This document shows, piece after piece, positions 1 to 9,312 of a DNA stretch of 64,000 nucleotides. Each line of letters begins with the position of its first letter. The stretch's first letter is position 1. The position numbers and the translations under genes were made by a program. The stretch spans positions 482-64,481 of the forward strand of contig CAZUDK010000002.1 in the NCBI GenBank assembly GCA_964618905.1, in the 5' to 3' direction. The notes below the pieces were generated by a model. That model was not told the origin of the DNA, searched no databases, and was given only the letters and a program-made list of their open reading frames with translations. Source of the stretch: an uncultured Candidatus Saccharibacteria bacterium (GTDB taxonomy: Bacteria > Patescibacteriota > Minisyncoccia > Phycocordibacterales > Zambryskibacteraceae).

Positions 1-17
1 ACTTTGGGCGCTTAAGC

Positions 18-743
18 TTAAGTAGTAGTAGTAGCTTTAAGCTTTCTTCTAACTACAAGTTCTTGACCGACTGTAAAGAGATTGGTGGTAAGCCAGTATA
101 GAGCAATAACACCGGAAATTTTATAAGAAATAAAAAACACAATAATAGGGAAGAAGTATTTCATTTGCGTCTGCATGCTTCGTGTTAGATTGTCGGTAAA
201 TGAATCTCCTTTTGGAACAGGTTGTTTCTTAAGAGAAACCTGGAATTGCAAGAAAGAGGTTGCGGCAGCCAAGAGGGCTAGGAGGGCGCTTTGCTTGCTT
301 ATATCTATAAAACCAAGAAATGTCGTGTTTATATACTCTGGAACACTGACAAATGAATACAAGATGCTGGGATCTATTACAGGAAAGCCTGCGTGAAGAA
401 AGATCTGATACAGAGCGATTATTATTGGAAGCTGGATTAATACAACAAGTATTCCAGAAAATGGGTTTACTCCTTTTTCTTTATAAAGAGCCATCGTATG
501 ACGAGCCTGTTCTTCCGGTTTGTCTTTATACTTAGCTTTGATTTCTTCTAATTCCGGAGCTATTTCCTGCATTTTCACCTGAGTATGAACAGATTTCCTG
601 GAGAGGGGATACAGGAGCAGGCGCACAAGAACCGTAAGCACTATAACCACTATACCGGCATCCGCCCACGGTAGAATTTGAAATAAAATAACTAAGGCGT
701 TATATAGAGGGTTGAAGAAAAACAAATGGTAAAAAGCTGACAT
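18..743 (-). CDS. yidC: Membrane protein insertase YidC/Oxa1 (short form)
   Basis: 241 aa, multi-TM, typical YidC core; conserved rpmH-rnpA-yidC order. Confidence 0.85.
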   Translation of the reverse strand: MSAFYHLFFFNPLYNALVILFQILPWADAGIVVIVLTVLVRLLLYPLSRKSVHTQVKMQEIAPELEEIKAKYKDKPEEQARHTMALYKEKGVNPFSGILVVLIQLPIIIALYQIFLHAGFPVIDPSILYSFVSVPEYINTTFLGFIDISKQSALLALLAAATSFLQFQVSLKKQPVPKGDSFTDNLTRSMQTQMKYFFPIIVFFISYKISGVIALYWLTTNLFTVGQELVVRRKLKATTTT

Positions 744-752
744 TGGTCGATT

Positions 753-1103
753 TTATCCTTTTTTATCTGAACTAACAAATCCATTCTTTAAAAGCATTTT
801 TTGAAGCTCAGCCTTTATATCTTCTAATTTTAAAGATTCCGCACCGGCTTTTACAGATATAAAGTATAAGCCGTTTTTAAGGCTGGGTAAGAGAGAGGCT
901 GCGGCAGAATAGACCCTGCGTCTAGTTTTATTGCGGATTACTGCGGATTTAGAGACTTTCTTTGATACAGAAACAGCAAATCTTACTTCAGTATTATCAG
1001 GCTCACTATACCGGATGGAAAAATACTTGGAGTAGCCGCCTAATTTACTGCTTATAATTTTTTTGAAGAGGATTCTAGGTATTCTCTTCTTTTTTGGGAG
1101 CAT
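753..1103 (-). CDS. rnpA: Ribonuclease P protein component
   Basis: 116 aa basic protein immediately downstream of rpmH; KTRRRV-type motif. Confidence 0.85.
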   Translation of the reverse strand: MLPKKKRIPRILFKKIISSKLGGYSKYFSIRYSEPDNTEVRFAVSVSKKVSKSAVIRNKTRRRVYSAAASLLPSLKNGLYFISVKAGAESLKLEDIKAELQKMLLKNGFVSSDKKG

Positions 1104-1243
1104 TATTTAGAAGCTGAGAGTTTGGCTCTGCCTTTACGTCTACGACTTTTTATTGTTCTTCGGCCGCCGGAAGTCTTCTGGCGGCTTAAAAAGCCGTGGG
1201 TTTTAGCTCTTTTTCGCTTTTTTGGTTGATATGTCGTAGACAT
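1103..1243 (-). CDS. rpmH: 50S ribosomal protein L34
   Basis: Not in ORF track (<60 aa). Reverse strand translates to [46 protein letters not shown]; stop overlaps rnpA start (TAATG). Confidence 0.9.
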   Translation of the reverse strand: MSTTYQPKKRKRAKTHGFLSRQKTSGGRRTIKSRRRKGRAKLSASK

Positions 1244-1339
1244 TTTTTAACAGGTTATGAACAAATTATAAACACTTTTCGCTTAATTTACAAGTTTTTT
1301 TAAGGGTTCCAAAAAAGATATACTATGTAAAACACAAGT
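1244..1339. promoter_or_regulatory. rpmH-dnaA intergenic region with DnaA-box-like 9-mers (TTATGAACA, TTATAAACA); dnaA promoter and possible oriC part
   Basis: AT-rich, near-consensus TTATNCACA boxes about 1254-1274. Confidence 0.45.
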
Positions 1340-2686
1340 ATGAACTACAAGGAATTATGGAAGGGGGTTTTGGTGGAAATCGAGCTTGGTGTTTCTAAAG
1401 CAAACTTCACCACCTGGTTTAAGGATACTCATATAGTTAAAGAAGAAGGAGGGGTGGTAGTGCTCTCAGTGCCTAATGCCTTTGTTAAAGAATGGCTGCT
1501 GACAAAGTACCACAACACCATCCTTAAATCTTTAAGAAATATAAACAGTTCTATAAGTGCGGTTGAGTATGTAGTTAATAAAGAAGAGTCTCGCCGGCGT
1601 GAAGATAGGGGAATGATGGAGGTTGGAGGCACCAGGGAGCTGCCACTTGAATCATCTCAAATAAACAAGAATGACAACTTAAATCCAAGATACACATTCG
1701 AGACTTTCGTAGTTGGACCATTCAACGAGCTAGCTCATGCCGCTGCCCAAGCCATCATTAAAAAGCCTGGGATTATGTACAACCCACTCTTTATATACGG
1801 CTCCACTGGACATGGTAAGACACACCTCATTCAAGCTATAGGCAACCATGTAAAGACTACCAATCCAAACAAGAAGGTTTACTACATGACTTCCGAACAG
1901 TTCGGCCAAGACTGCATGAACGCTCTCCAAAACCAAAAAATGAGTGTTTTCAAGGAAAAATACCGCCAATATGATGTTCTTATCGTAGATGATATCCAAT
2001 TTTTCTCTGAAAAACAGAAATTCCAAGAAGAACTGTTCCATTTGTTTAATACCCTCTATGACAACAATAAACAGATTATTTTCTCTTCTGATAAACACCC
2101 TCATTTCATAACAGGCCTTGAAGACAGACTTAAATCCAGAATGGCTGCAGGTATGACCGTAGACATACCAACACCAGACCAGGAATCCAGGATGGCTATT
2201 CTTTCTAAGAAAGCAGCCCAGCAAGGACTTCCTTTATCAACTGAGGTCCTAGACTTCCTGGCCAGCACCATCAATGGCAACATTAGAGAGCTTGAAGGTG
2301 TTATAAACACCTTAGCCGTACACTCACAGCTCAAAGGGAAGGAGATAAACATCTCGGATGTTAAAAATTACATAAAGAACAATGCTAAACCTAAAAAAAT
2401 AGCTGCTGTTAAGGATGTGGTTAAGATTATCTCTGATTTCTACAATATTGAAGAAGAAAGTATTTACGAGAAGACTCGGCGAAAGGAAGTTATAAAACCC
2501 AGGCAAGTCATAATGTATATCCTTAGAGAGGATTTCAATATTTCCTATCCATCTATCGGTCAAAAACTTGGAGGAAGAGACCACACTACTGTTATTCATT
2601 CTTGTGAAAAAATTAAAGGAGATATAAAAGAAGATCACACACTGCTGCAAGAAATAGGTCAGATAAGGAATCTTTTAGCTGTCTAA
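1340..2686 (+). CDS. dnaA: Chromosomal replication initiator DnaA
   Basis: 448 aa; Walker A GSTGHGKTHL, Walker B IVDDIQF, C-terminal DNA-binding domain. Confidence 0.95.
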   Translation: MNYKELWKGVLVEIELGVSKANFTTWFKDTHIVKEEGGVVVLSVPNAFVKEWLLTKYHNTILKSLRNINSSISAVEYVVNKEESRRREDRGMMEVGGTRELPLESSQINKNDNLNPRYTFETFVVGPFNELAHAAAQAIIKKPGIMYNPLFIYGSTGHGKTHLIQAIGNHVKTTNPNKKVYYMTSEQFGQDCMNALQNQKMSVFKEKYRQYDVLIVDDIQFFSEKQKFQEELFHLFNTLYDNNKQIIFSSDKHPHFITGLEDRLKSRMAAGMTVDIPTPDQESRMAILSKKAAQQGLPLSTEVLDFLASTINGNIRELEGVINTLAVHSQLKGKEINISDVKNYIKNNAKPKKIAAVKDVVKIISDFYNIEEESIYEKTRRKEVIKPRQVIMYILREDFNISYPSIGQKLGGRDHTTVIHSCEKIKGDIKEDHTLLQEIGQIRNLLAV

Positions 2687-2888
2687 TATCATGTTAAAAA
2701 CTCTGTTAAAAAATGTTGATAACTCAGCATTAAAAAATAACCAAAACAGAAACTTGGAAAAATTATCCATAGTAAAAATTTATTATCCCCAATTAAGCAT
2801 TTATCTCAGCCTTAAAAAGAGGCTAAAAACAAAGCTTTTAAAAGTTTTACACATATCAACACCCCTAATACTAGTAACAAATTAATTT
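2687..2888. promoter_or_regulatory. dnaA-dnaN intergenic AT-rich region with clustered DnaA-box-like motifs; candidate oriC
   Basis: TGTTGATAA (~2714), TTATCCATA (~2764), TTATCCCCA (~2784), TTATCTCAG (~2801) within about 200 bp that is >75% AT. Confidence 0.5.
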
Positions 2889-3995
2889 ATGAAAATAGAA
2901 TGCATTAAAGAAAGACTTGGGGAAGCTGTGGTTAAGGCTGAAAAAATTGCTGGTAAGAATACAACTCTGCCTGCTCTTACTGGATTGTATTTAAATGTTA
3001 AAAATAATTCTTTAAACATTAAAGCTACTAATTTAGATATAGGCATTTCAATAAACATTCCCGTCAAAGTTATAGAGCCCGGAGAAATTGTTGTTCCGGC
3101 AAGTGTCTTGTCGTCTCTTATAAACTCTCTTCCTGATGATAAAAACATAACCATCTCGACTTCTTCAGACAATCAAGTTCTTGATATAAAAACCCAATCG
3201 ACAAAAACCGAGATAAAAGTTCTTCCAAGTGATGATTTTCCAATTATCTCTGAGATTAGTGATGATAAAGCTTTCTCCTTGCCAGCCAGAGACCTTGTAT
3301 TTGGCCTGAAATCAGTCATATACGCAGCTGCAGCAGGGAGTATAAAGCCAGAGCTATCTTCCATATCAATAACCTACGGAGACGGCGTTTTAACATTTGC
3401 TGCCACAGACTCATTCCGTCTTGCTGAAAAGAAAATCAGGACGAAGAAAGTACCTCATTTCAAGCAAATCCTTCTACCTTATAGAAATGCAGTCGAAATA
3501 ATAAAAATCCTTGATAAGGGAGAAACAGAAATATCAATATCCATAGAAGAGCACCAATTAGCTCTGCATTCAGAAAATATTTATATAACTTCCAGAATAA
3601 TAGAGGGAACATTTCCTGACTACAGGCAAATTATTCCGAAAGGTATCAAATCAAAAGCAGTTGTACTAAAGCAAGACCTGATAAATTCTCTTAAAACCAG
3701 CCTTATATTCTCTGATGCGTCTAATCAGATGACGCTGCATATCAGCCCAGCTAAAAATGTTTTCGAAATAGAATCAAAAAACAGCAATGTGGGTGAAAAC
3801 AAATATTCACTCGAAGCAACTCTTGAAGGGGAAGAAATAACTATTAGCGTAAACCATAGATATTTCACCGATTGTTTCTCTTCTATAAATGCAGACAGTA
3901 TCTCTTTGGAATTTGCCGGTGAATCAAGGCCAATACTTATAACACCAATAGGAGATACCAGTTTCTTGTATCTTGTGATGCCAATGAATAGGTAG
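2889..3995 (+). CDS. dnaN: DNA polymerase III beta sliding clamp
   Basis: 368 aa, three-domain clamp architecture, directly after dnaA. Confidence 0.9.
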   Translation: MKIECIKERLGEAVVKAEKIAGKNTTLPALTGLYLNVKNNSLNIKATNLDIGISINIPVKVIEPGEIVVPASVLSSLINSLPDDKNITISTSSDNQVLDIKTQSTKTEIKVLPSDDFPIISEISDDKAFSLPARDLVFGLKSVIYAAAAGSIKPELSSISITYGDGVLTFAATDSFRLAEKKIRTKKVPHFKQILLPYRNAVEIIKILDKGETEISISIEEHQLALHSENIYITSRIIEGTFPDYRQIIPKGIKSKAVVLKQDLINSLKTSLIFSDASNQMTLHISPAKNVFEIESKNSNVGENKYSLEATLEGEEITISVNHRYFTDCFSSINADSISLEFAGESRPILITPIGDTSFLYLVMPMNR

Positions 3996-4002
3996 TTTTT
4001 AA

Positions 4003-4281
4003 TTGCAAAACTCTAATAAGATGAAAAATCTCTCAAATCTTATTCAAAGATTTTCAACTCTTCTTGATAAAAAAACTTTAGTTAAGGAGAGTGTTGCTGC
4101 TGCGATAAAAGAGGCGACAGACCTAACTGTTTCTATAGATAAGATTTCTATAAACGACTCAGTGCTGGAGATAAATACCTCTCCTGCAGTTAAAAGTGAA
4201 ATAATGCTGAAGGCCAATTCAATTCTCTCAGAACTTAAAAATTCCAAAGGAATACACCTATCAAGAATCTTGTATAAGTAA
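4003..4281 (+). CDS. DUF721/DciA-like small protein (possible helicase-loader-family protein)
   Basis: 92 aa immediately after dnaN; C-terminal pattern VLEINTSPAVKSEIMLKANSILSEL resembles the DUF721 'L.V..S.AWA.EL' signature. Confidence 0.4.
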   Translation: MQNSNKMKNLSNLIQRFSTLLDKKTLVKESVAAAIKEATDLTVSIDKISINDSVLEINTSPAVKSEIMLKANSILSELKNSKGIHLSRILYK

Positions 4282-4282
4282 T

Positions 4283-6466
4283 TTAGTTCCCTTCAGTCGA
4301 GGGAACTGATGGAATGATAGGTAGTGTTTGGATCTGTTGGTAAGGATAGTACGGGTTAGCTTGGTTTTGGTTGTTTGGAACAAGACCGTTTCCATAACCA
4401 TTAGCTATTGCCCAATTACGCACAGAATACTCCCAATTCGAGAACTGAGGATCTGCAGAAGGGTTTGCCGGCAGCGGTCCTCTAGGGTTGTCTTTGTATA
4501 CTTTGTAGAGAATGCTGTGTACACCACCGCTTAACCAGTCGCCTCGCAAGACGGGTTTTATGTCTTGATCTACCGGCTCTGGATCAGGGAAGGATTCTGC
4601 TGGCAGGTCTGGCAAAATAGCATCCATAAATTCTCTCCACATAGGAGCTACAACAAGCCCGGAAACCTTTCTAGCCATGGATGTGTTGTCGTTGTTTCCA
4701 GCCCATGTTGCCACAGATATATTTGGCGTATAACCAACTATCCACGCATCTCTGTAGTCGTTAGTGGTACCGGTCTTTACGGCCACATCTCTGTCAGGGA
4801 AGTATAGAGGTGAGTTTGCTCCATATAAAGGTATGCGTGCCACATTATCAGAGAGAATGTCTGAAATCTGTCGAGAAGTTTGTTCAGAAAGAACTCGTCT
4901 TGGAAATGGAGTGTGACTTTCAATAATATCTCCATCTGCCGATTCAATTCTTAAAATAGGATTGTATGGATTGCGGACACCATCATTAGCAAATACAGAA
5001 TAAGCAGAAGCCATATCAAGAGGAGAGACTTCACCACCTCCAAGAACCAAAGAAAGGCCAAATCTTCCTTTGTCTTGAAGGCTCTCTATGCCCATGTTTT
5101 TAGCAAGCTCTACAGAATCATCAAAACCTGCCAAGTACAGAGCTTTTACTGCCGGCACGTTCATAGACTGAGCTAGAGCATTTCTGACTGTTACAGGCCC
5201 CACAAAGCTATTGGTGTAGTTGTCTGGTGCGTAGCATTTATCATCGCTAACTCTGCTTGTAGGGCTGCAGGTTGCTCCAAACTGGGTAGGAACATCAAAT
5301 AAGATAGTGTCGGGAGTATAGCCCTTGTTGAAAAGCTCTGCGTACACGAATGGTTTGAAAGATGAACCCGGTTGCCTGTGAGCAGTAGCGACGTTAAAGT
5401 TGCCTTGCACTTCATCATCGAAATAATCTCTTGAGCCGACCATCACCAAAATATCTCCAGTCTTTGGATCAACAGCTACGAAAGCATCGTTTTTACCATT
5501 GAATTTTTCTTCGTTTATTTTGCCGTATTTCTTTGCTATCTCCTGAGCCTTCAATTGCATATCGTAATCTAGGGTGGTAATAACCCTAAAACCACTGTTT
5601 TGCAGAACATCCTCGCCATATTTATCCACCAGGTAATCTATAACAAAGAAAACAAAGTGCGGAGCTTTGATGCTGTTCGTGTTTTCTCTTGGTTTGAATT
5701 CCACCTTTTCTGTTAAGGCGCTGTTGTATTCTTCTTCGTTTATAAAACCAAGGTCAAACATGTTCTTCAGAACCAGATTCTTTCTGTATTCCAATTCATC
5801 CGTATGTTGCCCGTAAGGGGAGTAATAAGTTGGGGCCTTAGGAATGGCAGCAAGGTATGCCGCTTCTGCAAGGCTTATATCATCCGCACTTTTACCGAAG
5901 AAGCCTTGGGCAGCTTCTTCTATGCCGTAAATATTTCCTCCATAAGGAATTTCATTTAGATATATGTTGAGAATTTCATCCTTAGGCAAAGCTTTGTCCA
6001 GCTTTAAGGCAAGAATAAGCTCTTTAAGTTTTCTAGTCGGAGTCTTGGCTTTGGTTAAGATGGAGTTTTTTACAACCTGTTGGGTTATGGTTGAACCACC
6101 TTGGCTAAATGAGAAGGAGGTGAGGTTTGCGATGACAGCTCGCAAGAAAGAGCTTGGCTTGAAGCCGTGGTGCTCGTAAAAGTCCTGGTCCTCTATGGCA
6201 ATAGTTGCCTGCTTGGCATAGGGAGAAATTTCATCAAAATCGACCGCAACCCGCCTTACATCCTGAGACAAATCATAGAGAAGCACTTTTCCGGTTCGGT
6301 CATATATTTTTGTCGACTGGGATTCTCGTCTTTCAGACAAGTCATCAAGAGCGGGGATGCGCAAAGAAGCCACCCATAGGAAAAAGAATCCAGACAATAT
6401 AAGAGCCGCCGTCGCGGCCATCAAAAGTATGTTGCGCTGCTTGTTTTTCTTCCTTCTCTCCTTCAT
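4283..6466 (-). CDS. Class A penicillin-binding protein (transglycosylase + transpeptidase)
   Basis: 727 aa; GT51 motifs (EDQDFYEHHG, GGSTITQQ), transpeptidase SGSSFKP (SxxK); N-terminal signal anchor; Pro/Tyr/Asn-rich C-terminal tail. Confidence 0.9.
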   Translation of the reverse strand: MKERRKKNKQRNILLMAATAALILSGFFFLWVASLRIPALDDLSERRESQSTKIYDRTGKVLLYDLSQDVRRVAVDFDEISPYAKQATIAIEDQDFYEHHGFKPSSFLRAVIANLTSFSFSQGGSTITQQVVKNSILTKAKTPTRKLKELILALKLDKALPKDEILNIYLNEIPYGGNIYGIEEAAQGFFGKSADDISLAEAAYLAAIPKAPTYYSPYGQHTDELEYRKNLVLKNMFDLGFINEEEYNSALTEKVEFKPRENTNSIKAPHFVFFVIDYLVDKYGEDVLQNSGFRVITTLDYDMQLKAQEIAKKYGKINEEKFNGKNDAFVAVDPKTGDILVMVGSRDYFDDEVQGNFNVATAHRQPGSSFKPFVYAELFNKGYTPDTILFDVPTQFGATCSPTSRVSDDKCYAPDNYTNSFVGPVTVRNALAQSMNVPAVKALYLAGFDDSVELAKNMGIESLQDKGRFGLSLVLGGGEVSPLDMASAYSVFANDGVRNPYNPILRIESADGDIIESHTPFPRRVLSEQTSRQISDILSDNVARIPLYGANSPLYFPDRDVAVKTGTTNDYRDAWIVGYTPNISVATWAGNNDNTSMARKVSGLVVAPMWREFMDAILPDLPAESFPDPEPVDQDIKPVLRGDWLSGGVHSILYKVYKDNPRGPLPANPSADPQFSNWEYSVRNWAIANGYGNGLVPNNQNQANPYYPYQQIQTLPIIPSVPSTEGN

Positions 6467-6522
6467 AAAAATACTATTTTAACACAAATGCATAAAACCT
6501 TCCTCTGTGATAAATTACTCTT

Positions 6523-7926
6523 ATGAATGTAAACGATCTAGAAGAGCTTTTCACCCGCGGGGTTGGAGAATTTATCGATCCTGAAGATTCTTTCAAGAAC
6601 AAAGTTATAAAGAAAGCTGCTGGAGAGTACGATAAAGATATTGTTATAAAGCTTGGAGTAGATCCTACTAAGCCGGATATACATTTAGGTCATGCGGTCA
6701 TTCTCCGCCGCCTAAGGCAATTTCAAGATGTTGGATGTAAAGTAGTTTTTCTTATAGGAGACTTTACCGCCCAGATCGGCGACCCTACAGGCAAGAATAA
6801 AACTCGGCCGGAATTAGAACAATCAAAAGTTGCTGAAAACGCTGAGACTTATATAAATCAAGTTAGCAAGATACTGCGAACGGACAAAGAAGTTTTTTCT
6901 TGGATAAGAAATTCTGACTGGTTTACCAACATCACAGATCTGAATCTGCCTGAAGACTACAAGATAAGTCTGGATATAACTTCCGGCGGCAATACAATCA
7001 AGGCGCCCATTTCCCCGAAGTCGTTTGTAGGGAAGGCTATTGCCTATGAGCGTTCACGCATGCAGATACAAGACCTTGGACTTAAAGATAAAGTGTCGGT
7101 TATAACCCTCTCTGGTTTTCTTTGGACGCTTAAACACATTACTTACAGCAAGATTATAAACAGAGACATGTTTCAAGAGAGAATAAAGTCCGGAGAAGAG
7201 CTTTATATGCACGAGATGATGTACCCAGTTCTTCAAGGCATAGACTCTTCGGTTCTTTCTGAAGTATACGGCTCATGCGACCTGGAAATCGGCGGTACCG
7301 ATCAAACCTACAACATGCTTATGGGCCGAGACATCATGAAGTTTAATTCTCAGGAGCCTCAGTCTGTGATGGCTTTAAAAATAATTCCTGGACTGGACGG
7401 GGTAGAGAAGATGTCCAAATCTTTGAACAACTACATTTCCATAACCGATGAGTCTGGTGATATGTTTGGCAAAGTTATGTCTATTCCCGACAGCTCTATT
7501 GTGGATTATTTCACCTTGGCTACTTATACACCTATGACAGAAGTAAAGGATCTTCAAAGCAGGCTGGATAGCGGCAAGGAGAATCCTAGAGACATAAAAC
7601 TAAGATTAGCTAAAGAAATAGTTTCTATTTACCACGGAGAAAAAGAGGCTGAAAAAGCAGAAAATAATTTTATTGAAACTTTTTCCAAAGGAAGTGTACC
7701 TAAAGACATAAAGGTGGTTAAAACAGTTTCAGGCTCTAAACTCGGCGATCTACTTGTTTCAGAAGGGGTGGTGCCGTCCAAGACTGAATGGAGAAGGCTG
7801 GTTGAAGATGGAGCTGTCAGCAATATGGATTTAAAGGAAAAGATTTCTTCTCCAGATGCTAAGGTTTCCGAAAATACTACATATAAAATAGGCAAGCATC
7901 GGTTTATAAGAATAGAAATACTTTAG
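6523..7926 (+). CDS. tyrS: Tyrosine--tRNA ligase
   Basis: 467 aa; HIGH-type motif (PDIHLGHA), GDFTAQIGDPTGK, KMSKS, C-terminal S4-like domain. Confidence 0.75.
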   Translation: MNVNDLEELFTRGVGEFIDPEDSFKNKVIKKAAGEYDKDIVIKLGVDPTKPDIHLGHAVILRRLRQFQDVGCKVVFLIGDFTAQIGDPTGKNKTRPELEQSKVAENAETYINQVSKILRTDKEVFSWIRNSDWFTNITDLNLPEDYKISLDITSGGNTIKAPISPKSFVGKAIAYERSRMQIQDLGLKDKVSVITLSGFLWTLKHITYSKIINRDMFQERIKSGEELYMHEMMYPVLQGIDSSVLSEVYGSCDLEIGGTDQTYNMLMGRDIMKFNSQEPQSVMALKIIPGLDGVEKMSKSLNNYISITDESGDMFGKVMSIPDSSIVDYFTLATYTPMTEVKDLQSRLDSGKENPRDIKLRLAKEIVSIYHGEKEAEKAENNFIETFSKGSVPKDIKVVKTVSGSKLGDLLVSEGVVPSKTEWRRLVEDGAVSNMDLKEKISSPDAKVSENTTYKIGKHRFIRIEIL

Positions 7927-7940
7927 CTTTGTAAGCAATA

Positions 7941-7985
7941 AAAAACAGCCCCCACATACATGTATGTGGGGGCTGTTTTTAAAAC
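7941..7985. terminator. Bidirectional rho-independent terminator (perfect palindrome cagcccccacatacatgtatgtgggggctg flanked by A5/T5)
   Basis: Between convergent tyrS (+) and the ruvC operon (-). Confidence 0.8.
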
Positions 7986-7988
7986 TGT

Positions 7989-8156
7989 TTAAAACTCGTC
8001 TCTGTCTTCATATGGATCATCATCTTCATCAAGCTCATCATCTTCGAGCTGATCGAGACTTTCGTGATCCTCCTCCTCATCCTCTTCTTCGTCTTCAAAA
8101 TCATCCTCACTAGAAGAGTCTAATTCGTCATTATCTTTATATTCTTCGCTATCCAT
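7989..8156 (-). CDS. Very acidic micro-protein (about 55 aa, D/E-rich) at the end of the ruvB-yebC-ruvC operon
   Basis: Not in ORF track; reverse strand translates to MDSEEYKDNDELDSSSEDDFEDEEEDEEEDHESLDQLEDDELDEDDDPYEDRDEF; lies between ruvC stop and the terminator. Confidence 0.3.
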   Translation of the reverse strand: MDSEEYKDNDELDSSSEDDFEDEEEDEEEDHESLDQLEDDELDEDDDPYEDRDEF

Positions 8157-8225
8157 TTTTTATTATTATTTTTTAATAAAAAACACCATAAATTATTACG
8201 GCATTTTTTGAATGCATTATTTTTA

Positions 8226-8720
8226 TCAGATACTTTTATGGCTGGCAAGATGGGTTATACCCACCGCTATGGCATCTATCTCATCGTCGAGCACTTTATC
8301 CTTATTTGGCAGGCTTATTAGGCGCTCAACCATAGATTTTATCTGCAACTTATTTGCCTTGCCGTAGCCGGTCACGGCTATTTTTATGGCTTGAGGACTG
8401 TATTCGAAAAGCGGCAATCCGGCGCTCGCTGCTTCGAAAATTACCACTCCTCTTGCTTCAGCTACACCTATAGCACTTGTAACATTTTGGTTGAAGAACA
8501 AAGTTTCCACGGCAAAGCTGGATGGTTTATGTTCCTTAACAATTTCCTTGAAGCGCTTACCTATGTTAAGCAGTCGAATTTCTCGGCCATCTTTTGGATT
8601 TGTAACAATACATTCAGAGTGGATTAATTTCTCCTTGCCTTTGTTTTTTTCAAGGACAGCTATACCCAGCCTGTCGAAGCCGGGATCTACAGACACGACT
8701 CTTTGAGAATTAAGCGGCAT
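8226..8720 (-). CDS. ruvC: Holliday junction resolvase RuvC
   Basis: 164 aa; VVSVDPG...GIAVL catalytic N-terminus. Confidence 0.9.
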   Translation of the reverse strand: MPLNSQRVVSVDPGFDRLGIAVLEKNKGKEKLIHSECIVTNPKDGREIRLLNIGKRFKEIVKEHKPSSFAVETLFFNQNVTSAIGVAEARGVVIFEAASAGLPLFEYSPQAIKIAVTGYGKANKLQIKSMVERLISLPNKDKVLDDEIDAIAVGITHLASHKSI

Positions 8721-9243
8721 TAGTATAAACCGACTGGACTTCGTCGTTATCTTCGAGCTCTTCTAAAAGATTCTCCAAAGTTTTTTCTTCTTCTGGAGAA
8801 AGAGGAACTTCCATGTTCGCTGTCCACTCCATTTCTCCTGTTTTGGTGAAAGCCCAAGAAGCTGAACCGGGGCGAGCAAGTTCAAAACCATATTTAGAAA
8901 GGATGTGCTTAACCTCTTGAGCGGCTTTGTTCCTGTTGCTTGTCAGAGCTTCAATCAGCAGGGCTGAGCCTCCCGGACCATAAGATTCATAAGTGATTTG
9001 CTCAAGGTCTTCAGAATCAGCGCCGAGACCCTTTTTCACCGCTCGGTTAATGTTGTCGTTTGGCATGTTGTATTCTTTCGCCTTGTCTATAGCAGCGCGC
9101 AGTATAGGAGAAGAAGTATCTCCTCCTACTTGCTTTGAGGCGGTGGCAATAAGCTTCGCCATTTTTGAAAATATTTTAGATTTAGCCGCATCTGTGCCGG
9201 CTTTCTTATGTTTGATTTTTGACCACTTGTTATGTCCTGACAT
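8710..9243 (-). CDS. yebC: YebC/PmpR family DNA-binding regulator (short, 177 aa)
   Basis: MSGHNKWSKIKHKK N-terminus typical of YebC/DUF28; shorter than the canonical ~240 aa. Confidence 0.8.
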   Translation of the reverse strand: MSGHNKWSKIKHKKAGTDAAKSKIFSKMAKLIATASKQVGGDTSSPILRAAIDKAKEYNMPNDNINRAVKKGLGADSEDLEQITYESYGPGGSALLIEALTSNRNKAAQEVKHILSKYGFELARPGSASWAFTKTGEMEWTANMEVPLSPEEEKTLENLLEELEDNDEVQSVYTNAA

Positions 9244-9312
9244 GTTCCTGGCTTATATTTTTTTAATTTTGGCTACCAGTTTAAAATTTATACCAGTATT
9301 GGCATAAAATAC

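Noticed and set aside
1429-2650. Antisense ORFs inside dnaA (1429..1632, 1730..2224, 2101..2352, 2324..2650)
   Set aside because: dnaA is unambiguous on the plus strand; the antisense frames are low-complexity
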